A stretch of DNA of 64,000 bases from Chiloscyllium plagiosum (lineage: Eukaryota), in contig NC_057719.1 in assembly GCF_004010195.1 (NCBI RefSeq), forward strand, positions 20,366,362-20,430,361, in the 5' to 3' direction. The translations under genes and the position numbers were made by a program. Numbering within the stretch: position 1 is the first letter of the stretch; each line of letters begins with the position of its first letter. Below are positions 48,850-60,177 of the stretch, piece by piece. Under the pieces are notes generated by a model that saw only the letters and a program-made list of their open reading frames with translations, searched no databases and had not been told where the DNA came from.

Positions 48850-50760
48850 ATGCAATGTCCAAGCTTTATTGATAGGGCCTCAGATAGATAGCAAGGACGT
48901 TCTGTTGAAATTGCATAACAGTGGTTCAGCCTCAGGTGGGATTATTATGTTCAGTATCAGCACCAGGTGCCACATTTTAAGAAAGATGTGAAGTTATTTA
49001 AAACAGTGCAAGAAAAAAAGCTAATGGAATGGTTTCAGGCTTCAGGAACATCAGTTAGGAAGTTGGACTGGAGAATCAAGGACAATTTCCATTGAAGGCT
49101 AAGAGGATATTTAATTGAGACATAGAAAATCATCAAAGGTTTTGAAAAGAGTCGACAGAGAAACTATCCCACTCATGAAGGATGAAAAATCATAGATCAC
49201 AGGTTTAAAATAATTGGTAAAAGAAGCAAAAGAAATATGAAGAAATCATCGTCACTACAGTGTGATTAACATCTAGATTGTGCAGCCCGGTAGAGGTAGG
49301 TGCAATTAAATTTTTCAAAACAGGGAATAAACTGCTATTAGAAAAGGAAGAATGCACAGCATTATGGTGAGAAGACAGTGGAATAGCATTAAGTAGATTA
49401 TTTGTTCGGAGAGCTCAGGCAGACCCAATGAACTGAATGGCCCTCGCCTGCACTGTAACAATTCTCTAATTCCGTGTGTGTATCACACAAGCCTAAAAAA
49501 TGAATGGGAAGATCCAGCTGCTACTTAACATGATTAAAAGTGATAGGAGACTAGGTACAACGGGAAACAGTCAAGAGTGTGGTGCTGGAAAAGCTCAGCA
49601 GGTCAGGCAGCATCCGAGGAGCAGGAAAATCGACATTTCGGGCAAAAGCCCTTCTTCAGTCAATTTTCCTGCTCCTCAAATGCTGCCTGACCAGCATCAC
49701 ACTCTTAACGCTAATCTCGAGCATCTGCAATACACACTTTCACCACAACAGGAAACAGGACTGGTAATAGAAGCATTGTTATAAATGAAACATTTTCAGA
49801 TTGGTGTGATCATTGAATGAAACAAAATGGTGCGCAGTGCTGGAGTCTCAATCACTCACAATTCAACTCAAATGGTTTGACTGTAAAGACAGAATATATG
49901 ATAGTTACATTCCCTGATGATGTATAGATGGGTAGGAAATTACCTTGTGAAGAGGGCACAAATCTGCAAAAGCACATGGGCAGGTTAAGTGAGTGGCAAA
50001 AAATCTGGCAGATGGAGTATAATTTCAAAAATGTGAGTTTGTCCACTTTGGCAGGAATAATGGAAAAGCAGCATAGGACCTAAGTGGAGAGAGTTTAGAA
50101 CTCAGAGGTACAGAGGGATTTGGGTGTCCTGGTATATGAATCATAAAAAGTTAATTCACAGCAAAAGCAAAATATGAGAATGCTATGATATTGCTGTTTA
50201 AGATGATGATCAGACCACATCTGGAGCACTGTGTACAGTTATGGCCTCCTTTATGTAAGAAAAGGTTTAAGATTCTGATGAGCTTTCAGAGAAGATTCAA
50301 TTGATTGATGGGAGTAGGTTATTTCATGAGGTAAGGATGGACAGATTGCATCTTTATCCATTGGCATTTAGAAGCATGATAGGAAATTTTGATGAAACAT
50401 GAGAGAGCTTAAGTCGTTTTGACAAACTGGATGTTGAAAGAATGTTTTCTCTTATGAAAGGAGCTTGAACTAAGGGACAGTTTACAAATAAAAGATTTCC
50501 CATTTAAGGTGGAGACAAGGATAATGTTTTTCTCTCAGTGGATGTTGCGTTTTTAGACCATTCTTCCCCAGAAACCAGTGCAGACAGGGTCACTGAATAT
50601 TCTTATGACAGACATTGAAAACTCTCTTGACTAAGAAGGGATCAAAGGATAGGTAGGATTGTGGATTGAGACCATAATCAGATCAACCATGATCTACTGA
50701 AAGAGGGATAGAGCTTCAAGGATAGAGTGACCGACTCTTGCTTCTAATTTTTATGTACAT
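48850..50760 (+). mobile_element. Two old CR1 3' fragments (48850-49470, 49800-50760) with a PLE fold-back at 49570-49733
   Basis: Decayed WQMEYN and RPHLEHCVQLW motifs; inverted PLE arms. Confidence 0.7.
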
Positions 50761-51159
50761 ATGTACTTCGAGTCAAGCCTGAAACTCTTCTCACAGTTAG
50801 CTGAGTTGCAAAGTGTTGCAAGAAAAGTGAATAACTTACTTGAAATAAACTATTTTTTTTAAATCAAAAGAACTGCTGATGCTGCAAATCAGAAACAGAA
50901 AAAGAAGTTGCCAGAAAAGCTCAGCACATTTGACAGCATCTGTGAAGAGAAATCAGATATCTAACATTTTGGGTCTGGTGACCCTTCCTCAGAACCTCAC
51001 ACTACCAGACCTGCTGAGCTTTTCCAGCAACTTCTGTATCTGAATTTTTTTAAGCTGCCATTGTTCAGATTACAAACATATTCTGCAAGCTACAATAACT
51101 TCTGAAAGGAAAGAAATGGGGGAGAAGAGAATTTAAAAAAGGATGAATTTTCATCTTTT

Positions 51160-51475
51160 AGTGCTTTCCATGATCTCAAGGATGACCAAGCACTTTATGG
51201 TCAATTACCAGGGATTTTTTTTTTGTTTGGAGTGCCACTAATGATTTGTTGTAAGAAAAGAATAAGCAATGTGATAACAATCTTTTAGAGTGATGTTGGT
51301 TGTGGAATAAATATTGGTTAGGACACAGAGGATAGTTCCCCTGCTCTTTGCAATAATGCCATGTGATCTTTTATATCCATCTGAGGGGGCAGGCAGCCTA
51401 CGCACTCAAATCTCTGGTGAAGGAATTGAACCCACAGCTTGTGACTCAGAGGCAAGAGAGCAGTTGAAACTGACA
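51160..51475 (-). mobile_element. DeuSINE (SacSINE1-like)
   Basis: Reverse complement has a tRNA head (ctctgagtcacaagctgtgggttcaa) and the Deu block cagatggatataaaagatcacatggca. Confidence 0.7.
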
Positions 51476-52949
51476 CTTTGACAGACTGAGAGATAAAACA
51501 TGCAACGAGGGCACAGTTAGAATGGAATCAATCACTGCTTAAAATAGTGGAAGCATCAAAGCTGATATAATGTAAACTGATATGAGTTATACCAGATAGA
51601 TCAGATATGTTCCAAAACAAAATGTTCCATGCAAAACCTTTTGCATTAATAGACATTTTTTCATTTAAAAAAATCATTTAAAATGATTGAATTACAGGCC
51701 TTTGGATATTTATCCCTCTGAAGAATAAAATTATTTTGCATATTGTTGTGAGAAATGAAAGAGAAGCAAATAAAGGGAATGGGGTGAGACAGTGATTTTC
51801 ACACAGCCTTGGCAGTATTTTGATATCTGTTAACCACAAGCCACCACCCTCTCCATCTGTTTATTGTATTTCAAGAAGGTGCTCATTACTATAAACCTCT
51901 TCCATGATTTTTATTTCTTAGCACATGTCGTGTAGAAGGAAGATGCTGTCACAGAGACAAGATTGAAAAGAAAATCTGTTTAGAAGAGACAGGGCCTCCT
52001 TTAAAACAATTCAGAACATTGATTAAAAATGATTCAAGATTTCACAGTCTCATTTCTTTTTTTTAAGAGCTGGACTTCTGAGCAGGTACACTTCTGTTTG
52101 AGATTCTGATCGAAACAAAGTTAGTTATTAATTAACTAGCTGACTTTTAGTATTTGCTTTACTTTTTGGACAGATGCTCAATTTATTTGTATCCATCTGT
52201 TTTTAGAGCTCTATTGTGGTAATTTATTTTCCAAAATATGTGGATTATGTAATATACCAGTCAAAACGTATTCATTTTGTGTAGATCGGCTTCATTTTCA
52301 CTCACTTTACAATGAGGCTGGCCTGACTGGTATTACTGAATGTTAAACATTTGGTATAAAGCTAAATAAATTCTGGATGACTAATTCATGATGAAATCTG
52401 ATTTATTGAAGTTCATCATCATACAAGAATTGTATGTGCATTTAAAAAAAACTGCGTAATGAGAAATAAATCAAAAAATGTCATAAATAGAACAAGGATA
52501 AATTAATTCAATGGAACTTTTCCTAGCTTGTAGTTAACACCTCAAGTTTTCTGTTTCAATGAACTCTGTGGAGGCTGATATTGTTTATAATCATGCAACA
52601 CTCAGCAAGTCTAAAGGAAGGTGAAAGAGTAGATCTGGCAAATGTTAGAACTTTGTTAGAAAGTGAAAGTACATTAACGAGTTTGAATATTCAGCATTAT
52701 GGCACTCTGAATTTATCTGAGACTCAAAATGATTAGGACAAAGGCACACTGGACATGACCTCATTTCAACTCCTCAATACCAATATCATTCAGTTGGGCA
52801 GACTGTACTTGAGTAGTTCCATTCTTACCTATACTATAGATTCACGTGGAAAAGCTTGCCTTCCTGGTCCTAAATCTGATCTCTCTCCAGGTTCTATCAT
52901 TGTCCTGCTCCTATTTTTCATCTCCTTGCTATCTCCTTTCAACATCATT

Positions 52950-54680
52950 TAAACAAGAGGGTAATTAGAGAAAGGGTTGACCCACTCAAGGAGGAAAGTT
53001 AAGCATGGAGTCAGAGAAAATGGTGAGATTCTAAATGAGTACTTTGCATCGGTCTTCTCTGAGGAGAGGGACATGATGAGTGTTGAAGTTAGGGATAGAT
53101 TTTTATTTACTCTCAGACAAGTCAGCATAAGAAGGGAGGAAGTGTTGGTATTCTAAAAGGCATTAAGGTGGAAAATACCCCAGATCTGGATGGGATCTAT
53201 CCCAGGTTACTGAGGGAAGGGAAAGAGAAAATAGATGGGGCCTTAACAGATATCTTGGCAGTATCTTTGAACATGGGTGAGGTCCCGGACTGGAGAATTG
53301 CTAATGTTGTCCCCTTATTTAAGAAGGGTAGCAGGGATAATCCAGGTAATTGTAGACTATTGAGTTTGAAGTCAGTGGTAGGGAAGCTGCTGGAGAAAAT
53401 ACTGAGGGAAAGGATCTATTTACATTTGGAAGGAAATGGGCTTATCAGTGATGGACAGCATGGTTTTTTTGCAGAGAACGTCATGTCTTACTAATCTAAT
53501 AGAATTCTTTGAGGAAGTGACAAAGTTGATTGATGAGGGAAAGACTGTAGATGTCATATACATAGACTTCAGTAAGACATTTGATAAGGTCTGATGGAGA
53601 AAGTGAAGTCACATGGGTCCAGGGTGTGCTAACTAGATGGATAGAGAACTGACTGGGCAAATGGAGACAGAGTGTAGTAGTGGAAGGGACATGGAGAACT
53701 GTGACCAATGGTGTTCCACAGGGATCCGTGCTGGGACCATTGTTGTTTGTGATATACATAAATGATCTGGAGGAAGGTATAGGTGGTCTGATTAGCAAGT
53801 TTGCAGATGACACTAAGATTGGTGGTGTAGCAGATAGTGAAGAGGGCTGTCAGAGAATGCAGCAGAATATAGATAGATTGGCGAGTTGGGTGGAGAAATG
53901 ACAGATGGAATTCAATCCAGGCAAATGCAAGGTGATGCATTTTGGAAGATCCAAATCAAGAGCGACCTATGCAGTAAATGGAAAAGCCTTGGGGAAAATT
54001 GACATACAGAGAGATCTGGGTGTTGATGCCCATTATACCCTGAAGGTGGCAACGCAGGTCAATAGAGTGGTCAAGAAGGCATATGGCTTGCTTTCCTTCA
54101 TTGGATGGGGTATTGAGTTGGCAGATCATGTTACAGTTGTACAGAACTTTGGTTCGGTCATATTTGGAATACTGTGTACAGTTCTGGTCACCAAAACGAT
54201 GTGGATGCTTTGTAGAGGGTGCAGAGGAAGTTCATCAGGATGTTGCCTGGTATGGTGAGTGCTAGCTATGAAGAGAAGTTGAGTAGATTAGGATTATTTT
54301 CATTGGAAAGAATGAGGTTGCGGGAGGACCTGATTGAGGTCGACAAAATCAGAGAATTATAGACAGGGTGGATAGCAAGAGGCTTTTCCCAAAGTCAGGG
54401 ACTCAATTACTAGGGGTCACAGGTTCGAGGTAAGAGGGGGAAAATTTAAGGTAGATATGCGTGGAAAGTTCTTTATGCAGAGGGTGGTGGGTGCATGGAA
54501 CGCGTTGCCAGCAGAGGTGGTAGGGGTGGGCACGAAAGCATCATTTAAGATATATCTAGACAGATACATGAATGGGCGGGAAGTAGAAGGATACAGACCC
54601 TTAGAAAGAGGATCTCGATCGGCGCAGGCTTGGAGGGTCAAAGAACCTGTTCCTGTGCTGTAATTTCCTTTGCTCTTCAT
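52950..54680 (+). mobile_element. CR1 LINE ORF2 (RT) to 3' end, degenerate
   Basis: [57 protein letters not shown]. Confidence 0.95.
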
Positions 54681-54929
54681 TCTTTGTTCACACATCACTT
54701 TCCATATGTACATTGACGAAACCCATTGTACCTCATCGCTTCTTTTGTGTCTTAGAATTTTCAGATCACCTTGTTCAACATCCAGAGTAGAATTAGCATA
54801 CATTCCCTCCAACTAATGATTGGGAAAAAAACCTATTCCCAAACTCTGACTTCTATCCACCTTTCTACATGCCCTCTTATATTTTGTTTACTTCAGTGCA
54901 AACCTCTGTTTTGATGATGTCACCTTCTG

Positions 54930-55980
54930 CTGGGTGCCTCTGATATTTCAACCATTTTTCACAATTGAAGACTCCCCCCCCACCATAGCTCACAGGGCCC
55001 TCAGGCATGTCCAATCCTCACCACTTCCCTTTCTCCTGGAATAACACCAGGGTTGCGCAGCACCAGTGTCTGCATTCAAAGGATCATCTTCCACCATTTC
55101 CGTCACCTCCAGCAGGATACCACACCAAACACATCTACCCCTGTCCTCCACTGTGACCATCCTGTAGGCACTGTTCCCTCTGTGACATTTGGGCCCACTC
55201 TCTGTCCCTCCTAACACTTCCTCACCCTCCTAAGGCACTGTCCCTTTCCATCACAGAAAGTGAAACACTTACTTCCTCCCTCCTTACTGTCAAGACCCTT
55301 AATGCACTTTCCTGGTGGAGCAGCATTTAACATATTTCCTTCAATTTAGTTTACTGTATTTGCTGCTCATTCTGCAATCTTCTTTAAATTGGCAATATCA
55401 AATGCAGTCGACATGATCACCTTGTAGAATACTACTATTCTGTCTGCAAATTTGATCCCAATCTTCCAGACACTTGTCATTTCTATAAACAATCTTAATC
55501 TCATGCAATCATTTTTGCCCTGGGCTTGCTACAATGTTCCAACAAAGTACAATACAGGCTGGAGGAACAATCCTTCATTTCCCACTTAGGCACTTCAAAA
55601 CCTCGAGGAGTCAAGACTGAGTTCAACAATTACAGAGCGTTACGTCTTACCTCCATTTTGATTACAACCTCTAACCCCTTATTCAAACCCATTGCATGCC
55701 AAGCCTCACTAGTTGGTCCATTTTTATTATTTCACACCCACCATTTACACCGATTTTAAATTCAAGTAATTCCTTTGCCACCATTAGATGTCTTGCGATC
55801 TTGGCTCCAAGCACTCTTCCCATTTATTCCACCGCTCTGTCATCAACATTTAAATCCTCATTTTCCTTTCAGTTTTGAAGAAGTCATTTTGGACTCAAAA
55901 ACATTTACTCTGTTTCTCTCTCCACAGATGTTGCCTGACCTATTGAGTTTCTTCAGTATTTTCTATCTTTATTTTAATTT
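54930..55980 (+). mobile_element. Old Penelope-like element
   Basis: IQRIIFHHFRHLQQD, decayed VYCICCS..NLL*IG, RLEEQSFISHLGT; decayed hammerhead near 55870. Confidence 0.8.
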
Positions 55981-56024
55981 TTATAACCTTTCCACATACC
56001 TGAAATTTCCCATTTTTGATCTTA

Positions 56025-57557
56025 CTGTAATATCTATCCTAGGCTGCTCCGGGAAGTGAGAAAGGCGGCTGCTAAGCCGCTGACGAAGATATTTGCCTCC
56101 TCACTCTCCACAGGAGTCGTACCAGAGGTTTGGAAGGAGGCAAATGTTGTTCCTCTTTTCAAGAAGGGTAATAGGGAAATCCCTGGCAATTACAGACCAG
56201 TCAGTCTTACGTCTGTGGTCAGCAAAGTTTTGGAAAGAATTCTGAGGGATAGGATTTATGACTATTTGGCAAAGCATAGTGTGATTAAAGGCAGTCAGCA
56301 TGGCGTTGTGAGGGGCAGGTCATGCCTCACTAATCTTATTGAGTTATTTGAGGAGGTGTCAAGACAGGTCGACGAAGGTCGAACAGTAGATGTGGTGTAT
56401 ATGGACTTCAGCAAGGCATTTGATAGGGTTCCCCATGGTAGGCTCATTCATAAAGTCAGGAAGTATGGGATACAGGGAGATTTGGCTGTCTGGATTGAGA
56501 ATTGGCTGGCTGACAGAAGGCAGAGAGTGGTTGAAAGATGGAAAGTATTCTGACTGGAGGTCAGTGTTGAGTAGGATTCCGCAGGGCTCTGTTCTTGGGC
56601 TTCTGCTCTTTGTAGTTTTGATAAATGACTTGGAAGAGGAGATTGAGGGGTGGGTTAGTAAATTTGCAGATGACACAAAGGTTGGAGATGTCGCCGATAG
56701 TATAGAGGGCTACGGCAGGCTGCAGCGTGACATAGACAGGATGCAGAGCTGGGCTGAGAAATGACAGATGGAGTTCAACCTGGATAAATGCGAAGTGATG
56801 CATTTTGGAAGGTCGAACTCAAACGCTGAATATAGGATTAAAGACAGGATTTTTGGAAGTGTGGAGGAACAGAGGGATCTGGGTGTGCAAGTACATAAAT
56901 CCCTCAAAGTTGCCACCCAAATGGATAGGGTTGTTCCGAAAGCATATGGTCTTTTGGCTTTCATTAACAGGGGGATCGCGTTTAAGAGCCACGAGGTTTT
57001 GCTGCAGTTCTACAAGTCCCTGGTGAGACCACACTTGGGATATGGTGTCCAGTTCTGGTCGCCCAACTATAGGAAAGATACCGAGGCTTTGGAGAGGGTG
57101 CAAAGAAGATTTACCAGGATGCTGCCTGGACTGAAGGGCTTGCTGTATGAAGAAAGGTTGAATAAGCTTGGACCTTTCTCTCTGGAGAGAAGGAGAAAGA
57201 GAGGAGACCTGATCGAGATATACAAAATAATGAGCGGAATAGATAGAGTCAATAGCCAGAGACTTTTCCCCAGGGCAGGATTGACTGGTATGAGAAGTCA
57301 TAGTCTGAAGATATTAGGAGGAAGGTATAAAGGAGAGGTCAGAGGTAGGTTTTTTACGCAGAGAGTTGTGAATGCATGGAACGTGTTGCTAGGGGAGGTG
57401 GTGGAAGCAGCGTCATTAGGGACATTTAAGCGACTGCTGGACATGCACATGGATAGCAGTGAGTTGAAGGATGCTTAGGTTAAGTTATATATTTTACATT
57501 AGGATTAGAACTTGGCACAACCTCGTGGGCCAAAGGGTACTTTTCTATGTTCTATGT
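56025..57557 (+). mobile_element. CR1 LINE RT to 3' end, relatively young
   Basis: [39 protein letters not shown]; (ttctatg)n tail. Confidence 0.95.
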
Positions 57558-57589
57558 AACTCTCTTCCACACTCTTTTTAAAGCCTTGA

Positions 57590-59745
57590 CATAGAGTCAC
57601 AGAGTCATAGAGATGTACAGCATGGAAACAGACCCGTCATGCCGACCAGATATCCCAATCCAATCTAGTCCCACCTGCCATCATCTGGCCCATATCCCTC
57701 CAAACCGTTCCTATTCATATACGCATCCAAATGCATTTTAAATGTTGCAATTGTACCAGCCTCCACCACTTCTTCTGGCAGCTCATTCCATACATGTATC
57801 ACACTCTGTGTGAAAACGTTGCCTCTTAGGTCTCTTTTATATCTTACCCCTCTCACCCTAAACATATGCCCTCTAGTTCTGGACTCCCCGACCCCAGGGA
57901 AAAGACTTTGTCTATTTATCCTATCCATGCCCCTCATGATTTTGTAAACCTCTATCATGTCACCCCTCAGGCTCCGACGCTCAATAGAAAACAGCTCCAG
58001 CCTGTTCAGCCTCTCCCTGTAGCTCAAATCCTCCAACCTTGGCAACATCCTTGTAAATCTTTTCTGAACCCTTTCAAGTTTCACAACATCCTTTCGATAA
58101 GAAGGAGACCAGAATTGCACGCAATATTCCAACAGTGGCCTAATCAATGTGCTGTTCAGCCACAACATGACCTCCCAACTCCTGTACTCAATACTCTGAC
58201 CAATAAAATAAAGCATACCAACCGCCTTCTTCACTATCCTACCTACCTGTGACTCTACCTCCAAGGAGCTATGAACCTGCACTCCAAGGTCTCTTTGTTT
58301 AGCAACACTCCCTAGGACCTTACCATTAAGTGTATAAGTGTAAATCCTGCTAAGACTTGCTTTCCCAAAATGCAACACCTTGCATTTATCTGAATTAATC
58401 TCCATCTGCCACTTCTCAGCTCATTGGCCCATCTGGTCAAGGTCCTGTTGTAATCTGAGATAATCTTCTTCGCTGTCGACTACACCTCCAATTTTGGTGT
58501 CATCTGCAAACTTATTAACTGTACCTCTTATGCTCACATCCAAATCATTTATGTAAATGACAAAAAAGTAGAGGACCCAGCACCGATCCTTGTGGCACTC
58601 CACTGGTCACAGGCCTCCAGTCTGAAAAACAACCCTCCACCACCACCCTCTGTCTTCTACCTTNNNNNNNNNNNNNNNNNNNNNNNNNNNNNNNNNNNNN
58701 NNNNNNNNNNNNNNNNNNNNNNNNNNNNNNNNNNNNNNNNNNNNNNNNNNNNNNNNNNNNNNNNNNNNNNNNNNNNNNNNNNNNNNNNNNNNNNNNNNNN
58801 NNNNNNNNNNNNNNNNNNNNNNNNNNNNNNNNNNNNNNNNNNNNNNNNNNNNNNNNNNNNNNNNNNNNNNNNNNNNNNNNNNNNNNNNNNNNNNNNNNNN
58901 NNNNNNNNNNNNNNNNNNNNNNNNNNNNNNNNNNNNNNNNNNNNNNNNNNNNNNNNNNNNNNNNNNNNNNNNNNNNNNNNNNNNNNNNNNNNNNNNNNNN
59001 NNNNNNNNNNNNNNNNNNNNNNNNNNNNNNNNNNNNNNNNNNNNNNNNNNNNNNNNNNNNNNNNNNNNNNNNNNNNNNNNNNNNNNNNNNNNNNNNNNNN
59101 NNNNNNNNNNNNNNNNNNNNNNNNNNNNNNNNNNNNNNNNNNNNNNNNNNNNNNNNNNNNNNNNNNNNNNNNNNNNNNNNNNNNNNNNNNNNNNNNNNNN
59201 NNNNNNNNNNNNNNNNNNNNNNNNNNNNNNNNNNNNNNNNNNNNNNNNNNNNNTCGATCTATCCTGTCTATACCTTACATATGCTTCCTTCTTTTTCTTA
59301 ACAAAACCCTCAATTTCTTTAGTCATCCAGCATTCCCTATACCTACCAGCCTTTCCTTTCAGTCTGACAGGAATATACTTTCTCCGGATTCTCGTTATCT
59401 CATTTCTGAAGGCTTCCCATTTTCCCGTCGTCTCTTTGCCTGTGAACATCTGCCCCCAGTCAGCTTTTGAAAGTTCTTGCCTAATACCGTCAAAATTGGC
59501 TTTCCTCCAATTTAAAACTTCAACTTTTAGATCTGGTCTATCCTTTTCCATCACTATTTTAAATCTAATAGAATTATGGTTACTGGCCTCAAAGTGCTCC
59601 CCACTGACACCTCAGTCTCCTGCCCTGCCTTATTTGCCAAGAGTAGGTCAAGTTTTGCACCTTCTCTCATAGGTACATCCTATACTGAATCAGAAAATTG
59701 TCTTGTACACACTTAACAAATTCCTCTCCATCTCAACCCTTAACG
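57590..59745 (-). mobile_element. HER1/CR1 LINE ORF2 spanning the assembly gap
   Basis: [37 protein letters not shown]-terminus RTRGHMFRVRG. Confidence 0.95.
58664..59253. other. Assembly gap (590 N)
   Basis: Run of N. Confidence 1.
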
Positions 59746-60177
59746 CTAGTTTGTTTCTCAATTTCCCTCTGACTATTAGGGATCTTTCCTAAAATAAAAT
59801 TCACAGAATTGATGACAAGGTTCCGACTGGAAGCTAACTCCTTTCAGAAAGGCTTAGCATAATTTTCTTTCCCTCTTTTCTCACTGCTTTAATTTCTAAA
59901 GTAAAGGATCGCATATGTCCTCGTAACAGCCTTCTGAAATTGTTATGCCACCTTCACGACTTGTGTGTATACGCCCCCAGGTTCTTCTGTTCTTACATTC
60001 CTTTGAAAAATGTACAATTTCATTTACATTCACATCTTCTTTCCACCAAATGTATCACTTCACACTTCTCTGCACTAAATTTAATCTGCCATGTGCTTAC
60101 TTATTTTACCAGCCTGATCATACTGCCCCGAAGTCTGTTGCTATCCTTCTCATGTTTACTAAACTATTTGAAGGACT

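Noticed and set aside
53899..56764. The same TGG>TGA stop in EKWQM in two CR1 copies (possible recoding)
   Set aside because: Other copies keep TGG and both copies have further disabling mutations; most simply coincidence.
58592..59554. 292-aa and 315-aa ORFs
   Set aside because: They read through the N gap; the real parts are CR1 ORF2.
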